64,000 nucleotides of DNA from Lytechinus pictus. Taxonomy: Eukaryota. The notes beneath the pieces were generated by a model that was not told the DNA's origin, did no database searches, and saw nothing but the letters and a program-made list of their open reading frames with translations. A program made the position numbers and the translations under genes. How positions within the stretch are numbered: position 1 is the stretch's first letter; the number at the start of each line of letters is the position of its first letter. Below, in pieces: positions 37,325-49,867 of this stretch. Location of the stretch: NCBI RefSeq assembly GCF_037042905.1, contig NC_087246.1, positions 3,474,001 through 3,538,000 on the forward strand. The letters run 5' to 3'.

Positions 37325-38230
37325 TTTAATTGACTAGACCTATATGCTTGTCTTATCTATTTATTTTGTTTAACCGCATTTGGTCTAAGCTCTACGTGGT
37401 CCAATCCGTGGTTCTAATACCCTCTTGAGCTATTTCGTCTTTCCTATAATAGCTATTCGCCTTTTCATACTATTTGATTTGTAAGAAGTTAGACTTTATG
37501 TCACTAATCATATTGTGAGCGCGCCTCTAGCTGATAAGTTTTGACAATCAGACCTGAAAAGGGATATTTTGATAATTTTATATTATACATGAAGAATAAG
37601 TCATTTACAAATCAAATAATGCAAGCGCAGCGCTAGCTGGAAAATTTTAACATTGAGATCACACACGAAACGAAACATTTTTTACAGAGTACTTAAAATA
37701 AATCAATTTGTAAATCCAACATAATTAATGAAAGCTCGACGTTCGAGCTGAAATTTTCGTGTATTGACTTCAAAAGTGGATATATTTTAAGCTCCATTTC
37801 AGCCTTATTGAGCGAGATATAATGTATCTCATCGAACAGGCAATGCAAGCGCAAAGCGAGAGCGAAAAGTGGTTACATGAAAGATGTTTAAAAATTATTA
37901 TCCCAGTCTTCCCCTCACCTTACTTGATTCTCTCGTCTTATTCCTCCTCTTATTTGCCCTCTTCTTTTTCTCATCTCCTTACCCTCCCTTTTCCTTTTGA
38001 TCCCCTTTTTTTGCATCGCCCACACCGCCCCTGGATCCGCCTATAGCAATGTGGATTCTGTTCATTGATAAAACAAATTAAACCCATTGCTTTGATAATG
38101 TTAAAATAATGTACATGATATTATATAAATGTAGAATATGAAATTCCTCCCAGAAGAAAAATCCAGTTCAACTGGACCAGGGGGGTATTCTGAAAAATCT
38201 CATAAGTTTCCTCATAAGTTACCCATTTAA

Positions 38231-39167
38231 GGACGTTCCACAGTTATGTTTGTGCGCATTATGATCTGCGCATAGTTTACACTCTGCGCGCTGACGTCAC
38301 AATGGATGAACAGGTGATTAATTAGCTGCGGGTATGTGCTGATTTTTCTCATCTTCTGCACTTTAACTGCAGATCCGATGCGTTATTTCATGAAGCTAAA
38401 AAATGGAATTATTCCATGGACCATTCAATAAAAGATTCTCTACAATTTCAAAATACTTTACTCTGCAGTGCTGCCAAGAATCACGAATATTACCCCGAGT
38501 TTGAATAAATGGTAGAGTGGTTTTTATTTTTTCTTCACATAGATACAAAGCATTCGGCGCATTTTTGGTGTTTTAAAAAGCACATTTGCTCTAATAAAAA
38601 TACTGATAGTTTAAAAACAAGCACATGAACCCCTATTTTTTAATGTTTGTTCCTCTTAGGTATACCTTCCTCTACAACTCTACAAATTTTGGTGAAAATG
38701 ACATGGATTTTGAAAAAAGTGCAGCATTTATTGTACTTTTGTAGTTTTTTACTGAAATTTCACATTTTTTAGATTGGGATTTTTGTTATCTTTTACGCCA
38801 TTTTTAAGAACTGACAGTGCTGTTAAACTTAAAATTGCAAACAAATAGCACTATAAATATATTCTCCATTCTAACGATACAATTATTAACTCTCTTGCGA
38901 AATTTGATGACTTTTTCATGTATTTTGACTGAGTAATAGAGGTTTAAACTCATTGTAGTAATCTTGGGCGGTCTAAAAATGCCAAATTCTTTTGAATGCG
39001 CAATTCTTAAGAACATCAATTTGGGTGAACTTTGAAGTTCTATAGCAAAAAATCAAGCACATGGACCTATGTTAATTTTTGCATATTTCGAATATTAAGG
39101 TTCTAAAGTATCTATGTGCAAAGTTTGGTGAAAATGACATGGATTTCACTTTAACTGTGGAACGTCC
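38231..39167. mobile_element. Kolobok-type MITE with perfect 16-bp TIR and TTAA TSD
   Basis: TTAA|GGACGTTCCACAGTTA ... TAACTGTGGAACGTCC|TTAA. Confidence 0.9.
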
Positions 39168-39211
39168 TTAATGGAGCTCCAATGTACCCCCAAATTCGTA
39201 TTCTGAAAACT

Positions 39212-39449
39212 CTTTAGGCCTCTCCCCTACTGAGCCGAATTAGCCAATCAAATGCGCTCTTACAACGTAAAATTTTCTACTAGCGCGCAGTGTTTCTTCA
39301 CTTTGCTGGCTGCAGCGCAGCGCGCGCCAATTAACTCCCTTTAGGCCACCCCCTACTGAGCCGAATTAGCCAATCAAATGTGCTCTTACAACGTAAAATT
39401 TTCTACTAGCGCGCAGTGTTTCTTCACTTTGCTGGCTGCAGCGCAGCGC
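39212..39449. repeat. Near-perfect tandem duplication, period ~127 bp
   Basis: ctttaggcc...ccctactgagccgaattagccaatc...gcagcgcagcgc occurs at 39212 and 39339. Confidence 0.9.
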
Positions 39450-40499
39450 CCAGCTGCTGCAGGTGCACTGCACCACGATCTTAATACAAAATTTTTTTGC
39501 CGAAAAATAAAGCTAAAAGTATTTGCATCGGAGATTAGAGATTCGTTATGTTGTTGAAGTTAACTGTTGTGTTCTCCCTTTCTCTCTCATTTATTGTACC
39601 TTTGTGATTTTCTCCTTTTTTTCGAACGCGTTCTGATTTTCACATACACCTATTTGAATATTGTAGCTTTCTTTCTTTTTTGTTTTTTTACAATATTTTA
39701 TTTGCCTCTGTCTCGGGGCCCTGATCGGGGGGGAGGGGTTCTTCTTTAACTTAATTCCTACTTATTTTGAAAATAACATACTTTTCATTTATATGACAAA
39801 TCTTCTCCAACAAAATGCTGATTTGAATAAAAAGATTTTAAAAATCAAACAAGCATAATAAAAAAAAATGTTATGACATTTAAGATTTTATAGGTGGGGA
39901 AAAGCGATGGCATCACTCACTATTTTTTTTGTATTATATTCTATGAGAGAATATTCATTTAAATACTAAAAGGGTCTATGCTTATTTTTTTATTGTCGGA
40001 AACAAGGTTTGATTCACCCCTGAACATGGCTGCACCTACCGTGATTTTGCAATCTCATCATTGTCAAAATAATATGCAAAACAAAATATTTTATGATGCT
40101 GATAGTAATATAAAAAAAAATAATAATCATATTTCCCCTATAAGTACACAATTTCTGTTTCCCTTTTCCCTCTTTTCTAATTTCTTTATTACCAAATATG
40201 TTCCCTATTCCTTATTTTACTTGTTTCTATATACCACCTTCTTTCCCTTTATTCTATTCCCTTTTAATACCTTTCTCCTTTATTCTCTTCCTCCTAATTT
40301 TGGTCGCAGTATTAAACCGATTTGATGATATTTATACGAAATGAAAGCCACATTTAGCAAGAGATGATACTTAATGGACCTCTTATCACAATTAAGGCTT
40401 TCCCCACTGGAATGTCCGCTAATTTAGCGCTATGAGATTTTTTGGAAATGGGAACATCGGTTTACTGGTCATAATGGTCCATTATACTGGATCAGTTAA

Positions 40500-41074
40500 A
40501 GGTCAAGTCCACCCAAGGAATATGTTGATTTGAATAAATATAGAAAGATAAAACTAGCATGGTGCTGAAAATTTCATGAAAATCGGATGTAAAATAAAAA
40601 AGTTATGACATTTGTAAGTTTCACTTATTTTTCGCTAAACAGTGAGTGATATGCACAACTCAGTGACATGCATATGTCCCTCACCCACTATTTCTTTTTT
40701 TATTGTTTGAATTATACAATATTTATTTTTTTACAGATTTGACAGTAAGGACCAACTTGACTGAATCATATATTATTAAACAATGCTAATAATTCCACAT
40801 GTTCAGGGAGGAATTAATCGTTATTTCACTTGACAATGAGGAGAAAATAAGAATATTTCATATAATAATATACAAAAGAAATAGTGAGTGGATGACGTCA
40901 TCAGTCTCCTCATTTGCATACCGATCATGATGTGCATACAACTGTTTAAGCGAAACTTTAAAATGTCATAACTTTCTTATTTTACATCCGATTTTGATGA
41001 AATTTTCAGTGTTATGCTCGTTGGATTTTTCTTTTTTTATATAAATCAACTTTTTGTTGGGGTGGACTTCTCCT
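40500..41074. mobile_element. Kolobok-type MITE with TTAA TSD
   Basis: TTAA|AGGTCAAGTCCACCC ... GGGGTGGACTTCTCCT|TTAA. Confidence 0.88.
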
Positions 41075-42119
41075 TTAAAATTAGATTGGCATCCAGTTAA
41101 TTTTTAACTGGAATTATGAAACAGGTCTTCATTACTGGAGTTTGTTACTGGTCTCAGTGGTCTTACTGCGGTGAACTGGTATACCCAACTTAACTGGTCT
41201 AACTGGTGTTACTGGTATTTCGGCTGGTTGAAGTGGTGCTCTGGATCAATCTATCATATCGGTTTGGTTCGTTATTATCGGCGAAATGTGCCGGAAATGT
41301 GAAGGAAAAAATGGTTAATAAATTTATTTTCTGCTGTTATTATGTTAAATATGTAGTGCAAAATAACTTGCACACTTTTATTGTGAATTTGTGCACGCAT
41401 TTGTTTAGAATGTTTTAAAACAACAATGAATGCCATTGCATGGAGTATTTTTTCTAAATAATGATTTTTTTTTTTTGGTTGAAAAAAAGAAAGAAAATAT
41501 GCAAATGAGGTAAACCACGCTATCAGCATATCACCAGAATTACTTGTATAACTGGTCATGACCAGTTTGAGATTCTATTTCAAACAAGAACTAGAATTAG
41601 ACCAGTTGATTTATCAGGGGAATATATAACGATAATTACAATGAAAAAAAAACAATAGTAATAATAATTATAATAATTATAATAATACTAATAGCAACAA
41701 TATCGACAATAATGATAATAACAACGCATCATAGATAGAACTGGTCTTCACTAGATTTTTACTGGTCCAGTTATGAATCAACTGGCCCAGTTAAAATATA
41801 CTGGAAAACAGCAAAATATACTGGAAACCAGCAAAAAAAAAATAATAATAATGGCCATACTGGTCCAGTGTATACACTAGTTTGATGAAAAACGAGTAAA
41901 CTGGTATTAGGCCTACTAATTTGCTTGCAACTGGTAGAAATTTGATGGAATTTGATTTGGTCCAGTTAGATATCAACTGGCCCAGTAAAATATACTGGAA
42001 GTCAGTAAAATAAATTATTGGTCTAACTGGTTTTCCTTCTGGGCTTGAATTTTATTTAAATTTCCATATGCATTCCAATAAGTCTTTTTTTATTTCAGCA
42101 TCTGAGTGCGAGGGTTATC

Positions 42120-42368
42120 GATCTAGTGTATGTCAGCGGCCTACGCGACGCGACGCAACCACCACATTACAAGTTGACAATTTGACCACTGATACGGTCT
42201 CTTTACCGGAACTATATAATCGATTACCAATCCGTACGTGTACGTACGTACGTCCGTACGTTTTGCACGAAAACCAAAGACGTCTCAAGAGGGATTTCGT
42301 GACCGACGACAACATTAATATTAGAATTTCAATCCAGTGAAATCTACTTCAAATTTTATAGATCTGCC
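42120..42368 (+). promoter_or_regulatory. Putative core promoter and 5' UTR of the canonical 14-3-3 exon
   Basis: Locally CpG-rich, TATATAA at 42213-42219, (TACG)n run ~42233-42261, then gccATGG. Confidence 0.5.
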
Positions 42369-42456
42369 ATGGAAAATAAAGGTGCGGCAAGTTCAAGTAC
42401 ACGAGATGAAAATGTATATATGGCTAAGCTCGCCGAGCAAGCCGAAAGATATGATG
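42369..42456 (+). CDS. YWHAE: 14-3-3 epsilon-like, canonical first coding exon (MENKGAASSSTRDENVYMAKLAEQAERYD+G)
   Basis: gccATGG Kozak, AKLAEQAERYD motif, phase-1 gtaagt donor at the same position as intron 1 of vertebrate YWHAE. Confidence 0.93.
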
Positions 42457-43985
42457 GTAAGTATTCATCGTCAACTCGTAATACATCCGCCCAGTACCCG
42501 TACTTGTGTTCGATCGATGCAGTGATCATTTGTGTGAAACGGTGGAGATCATCACTCCATCGCCTCGGTGCTCTTCATTACGACCCTTCTAAAAGTTAGA
42601 ACTTCCTTCTACCACCCCTCGGCCAAAACTCGGGGTGAAAGAAGAGCCGATATGTAAAGCACCTCGCGAATATAAATGGTATTGTAAATCTAACATGTAC
42701 ACATTCATAAGCAGTATTTGGGTCAATATGAATCTATTCTAAGTTCTAACGTTAGTCGTTAGATCTAGAAATTAGAAATAATTGTATTACTGTAGAGTGT
42801 AGGCCCTAGGCCTATGTATTTTTTTTATTAGTATAGGCCCTAGTACTAGTAGTAGAATAGATCTCAGTAACCGTTAACCATGTTGTTAACGTTACTGGCT
42901 TAACGTTTGATCCACCAACTTTCATGACAGGACTTAAGGAGGGCTAACGTAAGGACAGGTAAATCTAGGTCTAACAACATTAGAATTTAGATCGACATCA
43001 CTCCAGCTCAAGCCAGGGTTCATTCCCGGGGGGCCACTTACATTGACGAGTGGATACCATGCGCGACCAAAAAAACACGTAAAAAGGATGTCTTTTTCAA
43101 GATAGGGCACGTTACGTATGTAACGTGAGAAGGGTGTCAAAAACACCAAAATATTGAAAAAAGGGTATCTACTATCTATTTCGCTCGGAAAAATATAGGC
43201 CTAGGCATGTTTAGGGTCAAATATGCGGGGATGATAAAACAAAATCAAAATGTTTTATAAAGGATTTCCTTTTTGCCCCAACACTAGGCCTACGTGTTTA
43301 GAGTCCGATTTGCGCGAGGTGTGGAAGGTGGGGCCGTACTTGCCCCGGGAACCTCGACACGACGTCTTTAGACAGTGTCGAGGTCCTGAACGCTCCCACT
43401 CGTTCTCACCGGAGTGCACTGATGCACTAGATTAATCGCTAAATTACAAAAACATGGATGATAAAACGAAACCAAAAATACGACAGTTAGGACTGACCTT
43501 ACCTAAACAAACTGAGTTCAAGATACGTTCTCCTTAAAATTACGAGAATTCGATGGAATCGTACAATAGAGGATCAATTTTCGGATTTCGTACGAATCGC
43601 CATGTTGAATTAAATGAAAAACATGTATGCGCATGCGCAACATGAATATTTATAAGATGTCGTCACTGTTAAGGTTAATGAATATGCATTACAAGAAGAG
43701 ATAAGAAAACTTCGGTCGAATCACGAACTTGCTTTTCAAATAAATCGCGATTTAGGTATTTCAGTAATGGATATCAATCTTGCTTGCATTTAACATAGAA
43801 AAAAAAACATTATTTAAAGAAGAATTCATTTCATTAAAATTATATTTATCTCAATCTGTATATTACGAACAAACATGACTGCGTTTACAAAATACATTTT
43901 TTTTAAAATTAGAGATGTAATAAGTTAGAATCAAGGTCAATATTGAGTCGACATTGACGTCAGAAACGTAGTTCGCGTTGCAAAT

Positions 43986-44141
43986 ATGGTGGAACTTGAA
44001 GAAGAATTTGCAATAAAATTAAAGGTGCCTCAAAAACAGGCCCTGGAAGAGGCCCAGAGAGGAAATGACAGTCTCGTGATTCTCCCAACGGGTTACGGAA
44101 AGAGCACGTGCTTTGCCCTCCATCACAAACTAATGGAGAAA
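43986..44141 (+). pseudogene. RecQ-like SF2 helicase N-terminal fragment (motif 0/I)
   Basis: LKVPQKQALEEAQRGNDSLVILPTGYGKSTCF (Walker A LPTGYGKS); possible gtaata donor; no downstream exons recognised. Confidence 0.78.
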
Positions 44142-45145
44142 GTAATAAATCACAAAGAACCAGTTTAAACTGGACCAGTCTGACCAGTAGAATTTCAACT
44201 GGTAACTCGATCTGGAAATTGCAACATTGGTTACTTGTCTTACTGGTTCAGTGCTGCGCGTATATTTGTCCATATGAAATTAGACTGGATCAACTAAGCT
44301 AGACCAGTCAATTTAAAAAGTTACAAGTTGAAATTCCACTTGTCAAACTGATCTTGAATTACTAACTCGAAATTAAAGTGGTCTTAATATAATATTAGTC
44401 TACTGGAGTTTGTTACTGCATGGTCACAATATTATTACTTGTGTCCTAATCTAGTAGTAGTACTCAACTGGATTCCATACTGATCTTTCTTGGTCAAAAT
44501 GCAACACGTCTTTTTTTATTATTTTTTAAAGAGATTGGGTGGTCCTTTTCAGGACCAACACTTGCCCAAGTAAAGAAAAATACGTCATGGCGTACGGTAC
44601 CGTGAAGCTAATTCTAAATGAGATGGAATACATGGTTCATAAATTAATCTTTCTGCTCTAATTTGAAATATAGGGCCTATTCTAAGTCTCTACACATACT
44701 TCTTCAGAATCTTTTGCATTGTCACTCTAAAGTATGATTTATTGCTTTTAAAAAATCCAAATAACTAAACCACGTAAACAGCACCATCCAATTTTGTTAG
44801 TACTGGTCCAGTTGAAAAAGATGACAGGCACATAGCACATTTTGAAGAATTCATCTTGAATCCTTGAATCCGAAAGTGGACTCTTGAACAGGACGACAAT
44901 ACTTCAATGCAACACACGTGGCGCGCGCGAGGCGCGGCGGTATAGTACGGTACGGGACGTCGCTACCGGTGCAGTGATGCGCGGTGATTTTTTTTCCAAG
45001 CCGATTCGATCAGCTTTTGTTTTAAAAAATGGTGGAAATGAGATCCATTGCTAAGTCGATGGCTGCATGTTTTTGCTATTATTTTTCATGCTCTAAATAT
45101 ATAAATGTCGCAAAACAAGAACTAAAAATGTATAAGAGGAAGATG

Positions 45146-45522
45146 CAGTAGCGTACCTAGGATTTTCCACGGGGGGGGGGGGGGGCAAAATCGTCCGCCC
45201 AAAAATTTGACACGCCTAGAAAAGGTCTTGACTTAAACCACAAATAGGCCTAAAGGATTTCGTACCAGAAAAAAAAAAACAGGAAAAAAAAATGATCCTC
45301 AACAGGATGTAAAGGACATTTCGCACCAGAAAAAAATTGACAAGCAAAAAAAAAGAAGAAAAAAGAAGGTATTCAACTTCAAAGGAGGGGGCCACTATGG
45401 TGGCTTGTCAGGGATCAGTTGTGACTCATCGGGGGGGGGGGGGGGCATAGCTAGGGACACGTCCCTTGCATGGGTTGTGAGTGTGACTCGTAAGGGGGGG
45501 GGGCAGTATAGGTACGCTAGTG
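45146..45522. mobile_element. hAT MITE with 8-bp TSD ggaagatg
   Basis: CAGTAGCGTACCTA ... TAGGTACGCTAGTG; TSD at 45138-45145 and 45523-45530. Confidence 0.9.
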
Positions 45523-47796
45523 GGAAGATGTTGCCTGAGAAAGACGTATCCAGCCGGTTGTGGTAAAAAAAAAAAAATGTATATATATATAGGGGAAGGC
45601 GGGGTAAGTTGAGCCACCACCCCCGGGCTAATAATAGAGTTTTATTTTTTTTTATTTGTGACGTCATATATGCGAGCATTTCTCTTTCTTTTTAAAGCAG
45701 GTATTTCTGCATTTATTCAAAATTGCAAATTTATAACAATTATTTAAAATCAAACATACATAATGATCAAATTACAACGGTGACAATGTAGTTGGCGGTG
45801 GAAGCCAACAATTTTAGGGGGCACCACATTTTTTTGAAAAGCAAAAAAAAATGACAAGCAAAAAAAATTGAAGCAAAAAAAAAAAGGTTATCAACAAAAA
45901 ATTTAGGGGGGTTCGTAACCCCACCTAAAATTTAGGGGGGATACTCCCCCCGCCCCCACTTCCGCCGCCTATGGTTATAATAGAAGATATAGACATAATT
46001 CATGTAAACAATAACAAATGAATTCAAATGCAGAGACCAGCTACCGTAAGCTGAATGCTTGAAAAAATAGCAGCCATATATATGGCTAAAATCAATTCAA
46101 TAATGGTTTGTTAAAAACATGCCTCGCAGCCAAAGGCTGAATAATTATTTTGCACAACAATTTACAACAATAGAATAATACTCAAATATAAACATGAAAT
46201 GATATCAAATTACTAGTACTTCTTAATATAATACAAGGAAATAAATTATTTGCAAAGAATAGGCTTCATCATTTCAAGCGTCAATACAAACCACATAAAA
46301 TAGGCTATCAAATTATCTTTTTACTCACAAGGTGTATCAATTGTTTTCAATTATGCATATTAAAAAAAATGTGCGACACCACGTGCATAATCTCTCTCGA
46401 AAAAAAAAAGATGATAAAGAAACTAATTTAAATATAGAGACAATAGGTAGAAAAGTAAAGAAAAAAAGAATAAAAAAGAAAACGAAAGGGAAAAGAAAAG
46501 ACAAGAAACGAATAAAAAAGAGCAAAAGTAAAAAAGAAAAGAATGAAACAGTAAAGAAAGGAAAAGAAAATCAACTACGAAACGAAAAGTAGATGAACAA
46601 AATATGAAAATAATAAAAACAAAATGGAAAAGGGGATAAAAAATAAAGAAAGTGAAAAGAAATCACGAGGGAGAACTAAGAAATAATATTAGAACACGAG
46701 AAAAGAATGAAGAAAAAAATTACATGAAAAGAAGCTAATCGAATAAAAACAAAAGGCCGTTAAAATAGTGATTTATTCACTGGCTGCCACGCAGCCAAAC
46801 CATCGAAAAAGAAATTACGCCACTAAGTTAGACTTATGAATATTCATATTACCCTTTCTCGCATGCCTCATACGATAGCCTTTTGTCAAAGACTTCTAGT
46901 ATATTTCTATAGGATCCTCAGTGAATAAACAGGGTGAAATTAATAGGAAGAGCGTATTATAAACGTATTATAATCGATTATTATTTTATTTTTTGTTTTT
47001 ATAAGGATTAGGCTATTATTTATCTTTTGTTTTTGTTTTCTGCTAGCACGAAGATAAAAATCAATTTATCTCGTTGCCTCGTCAAAAGGCTATATCTATC
47101 CTCCATTGCTTCCTGTACAAACGACTTTTAATGCACACCGGCAAAATTTTCCGACGTTTTTGCTTCGTTTTGGGGAATTATTTCGAAGTTTTGAGGGCCG
47201 CCCATATTGCGGCTTAAGTTGTAAGTATGTATTGATTCCTTTGTAACAGTTTTGTGCAATTTTATGTATTTTTGATTGATTCCCGATGCTCATCTGGTTT
47301 GATCTGGTGAGCCGGGGTGAATCACAACGCAGCCCGAACACAGTACGTGTTCGGGCTGCCGCAGTAAGGGCCGTACTAAACCAAAATGATGGTGTCTAAA
47401 GGTAAAACCGACGACCGACGGACGTGTGACATAACAATAAAATATCTCTGTACTTGTTTAGGGGTTCATTTCAGGGAATACTTGCTAATTAAGACTATCG
47501 TTTTGTTTCCAATACTTGTTAAGGGGTGCATTTTCAGAATATGGAAAATACATCGCTGTACTTGTTTAGGGGCTCAGTTCTGGGAATACTTGCCAATAGT
47601 ATTTGTTTCCAATACTTTTTATGGGTAGGGTTTCACACGCCAATACTTGTTAAGGGGTGCATTTTCAGAATATGGAAAATACGTGTTTAGGGTGCTTTTC
47701 AAGACCCCGTGGTCGCGCATGGTATCCACTCGTCAATGGAAGTGGCCCCCCCGGGGGTTCATTACATGCCGCCGTGCACAGAAAAATCAAGCCATA

Positions 47797-48260
47797 GAGG
47801 CTGTTCTCACTATGTTCCTAAAACTAGTTTACTGGAAACTAGTTTAGTGGAAACTAGTTTAACGCGTAGTGAGAACGGTCAAAGCGGTCTTGGAAGCGAT
47901 CTTCCAAACCAGTTTGGAAAACCACCTCGCGATGTAGTTTTCAAGATCGCTTTGCCTCGTTAAACTGGTTTTAGCGTAAGTGAGGACACAACCGTTCTTC
48001 GGGAAGCGATCTTCGCACATTTTGAGCGCGCTACTCCACACGACAGGTGTAGAATGCCAATGCTGCGGTTTCGAAATTTGCGCGAGACGTGTCACCCCAC
48101 TGAGAGCATTTCCATAGCAACAAGAGCGCTTTACGTGAAGTGATTTTGAAAACCACTTTCGTGTGATCAAGTGGGAACGCTATCAAAGCGATCTTTCAAA
48201 GTGGTTTCCTGAATCGGTTTCCAGTAAACTAGTTTTAGAAAGCGTAATGAGAACGGCCTC
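47797..48260. mobile_element. MITE with ~45-bp TIR (Harbinger-like termini)
   Basis: gaggctgttctcact...aaaactagtttactggaaac pairs with gtttccagtaaactagtttt...tgagaacggcctc; TSD not clear. Confidence 0.75.
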
Positions 48261-48467
48261 CTAGTTGTTGGAACTAACACTTGTAACAGTACTCTGTACA
48301 GTAGGTATGTTGCAAAAAAAAATAATTGAGAAATGAGGTGTTTGCTTCATAGCTTCATTTAAAGCTCATCAAGACCTTTCATTTAATACCTCATTCATTT
48401 CAATAGCCCCAGGCCCAGTAACAAGAAAGTTATGGTAGTTTTAAGTTCGCACAAATCGCCTCTTCAA

Positions 48468-48917
48468 AAGTAGAGGCGCACGGCCAATATGGGAGACTCT
48501 CCAATAGGGGAGACAATCTCCACATTGGAGACTTGCTTTGCAAAAGGACAAAAGAAACAACACCAACAAAAGCATGATTTTTTCCACCAAAAATTTTGTC
48601 TTGCAGGTCAGAACTTCAGAAGCCCATTTGTTTTGTGTGTGATTGACAACAAAAATCCTTATCAAAACAAAAGTAGACGGTGAATTTTTAAAGTAGACGG
48701 TGAAAGGGGGTAATTTTTCATGAGGAATCTGCTTATCACATTTTTATTTGCCGCCAAGGTAATCCTTTTGCAGCAAATGTAAACAAAGGAAATTGGTCTC
48801 CAAAACTGGAGACTGTCTCTGAAATTGGATACCCAAATTCTTTACAAAATTCTCTGATATTGGAGATAATCTCCCACATTGGAGACAGTCTCCAATATTG
48901 GCAGTGCGCCTCTACTG
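48468..48917. mobile_element. hAT-like MITE
   Basis: agtagaggcgcac...gtgcgcctctactg termini with ggagac/gtctcc subterminal repeats; related element at 50101-50509. Confidence 0.7.
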
Positions 48918-49625
48918 TTCAATTATGTATCTGTTTTTAAAAACAAAAGTTGTGACATTAATTGGGACCAAGGTGCACTAATAGAAAACAACAATGCGCA
49001 TACATTGGCATATGGAAGTGCCCAACAACACTCCCAAAAATTACAGACATCGCCGAAACAGGGACATGAAAAACACACTTAGCGTCAGTAGATTTCTTTC
49101 AAATTTCACCACAATGTAGTTGAAATGTTCTATCGGAATGAATACCTTTTAGAGTGGGATGATACCTGTAAATATGTATAGCAAGAGGTTGAAAGCAAGG
49201 CCAAAGTTCCAGTAGCACACAGAGTTGCAAGATCACCGAGTGAGATTTTTTTTCAAGTCTAGACAGCTGCCATAAACATTCAACTACGTAAAAACAATGA
49301 TGTCATTGAGAATAACCTTTCCTTGCACATGCAAACACAATACAAAGCAATGCCCCCACAATCACCCTGAGATTATAGGCAGCACACTCAATGCCTCATT
49401 CAGAATGCACCTAGAGGGTGCTTTTGCAACATACCTACCGGTACTCACAGAAGTCGTGTGTTATGGACGCCAGAAGTGGCGTTGCAGCACTGCCAAACTA
49501 CGCCCAAATGCGGTTCTTGGTGTGAGGTTAGTATAAGTAGGCCTACCTAGGCCACTGCACTAGTGTGAGCGTATCGACAACTACCATCTGTCTCTAGTGA
49601 GAGATCTAACTTAAGACTAGACTCT

Positions 49626-49867
49626 GGGTGATTTCAAGTCCGGTGTTGGCATCGGTGTTGGTGTTTGTGTTGAAATTTGGATATCTCCCCCTAGCTCAAA
49701 AACTTATTCAGATTTTGTAAAACTGATCCAGATCACATCATTGACCTCTCAACAACTATAGTGAGTGACCTTTCGGGACCAACTTCATGTTATGTTTGGT
49801 GTAATAATCGTGTAAAACTTGACCTAACACCAACACCAAAAGGTCAACACTGAACTTGAAATCACCC
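49626..49867. mobile_element. Harbinger-type MITE with 3-bp TSD tct
   Basis: tct|GGGTGATTTCAAGT ... ACTTGAAATCACCC|tct; a left-end copy lies at 34521-34570. Confidence 0.85.

Larger units (their letters stand above)
38149..42043. mobile_element. EnSpm/CMC-type non-autonomous element (CCC...GGG, 2-bp TSD CT) with nested insertions
   Basis: ct|CCCAGAAGAAAAATCCAGTT ... AACTGGTTTTCCTTCTGGG|ct; dense actgg/ccagt subterminal repeats. Confidence 0.75.
43340..47367 (+). mobile_element. AcademH-like non-autonomous element (9-10 bp TSD, RecQ helicase fragment, hairpin at each end)
   Basis: gggccgtac(t) duplicated at 43331 and 47368; hairpins at 43351-43384 and 47329-47359; RecQ motif I ORF at 43986. 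Confidence 0.72.
43025..47755. mobile_element. Unclassified TIR element (CCCGGGGGG termini, ~45-bp TIR, 8-bp TSD ggttcatt), ~0.7 kb once the nested insertion is removed
   Basis: CCCGGGGGGCCACTTACATTGACGAGTGGATACCATGCGCGACCA and its inverse; TSD at 43017-43024 and 47756-47763. Confidence 0.9.

Noticed and set aside
42362..42456. Exon 31902-32022 splicing onto the AG just before the canonical 14-3-3 ATG (tandem inclusion of both exons)
   Set aside because: It would add 95 nt and read the canonical exon out of frame, so the two first exons can only be mutually exclusive.
43986..44168. Host RecQ/BLM/WRN gene nested in the intron
   Set aside because: Only motif 0/I is present, and it sits inside a TSD-bounded insertion; treated as transposon cargo.
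46332..46592. Lys-rich 86-aa ORF
   Set aside because: A/G-rich low-complexity tract inside a transposon; no splice or family support.
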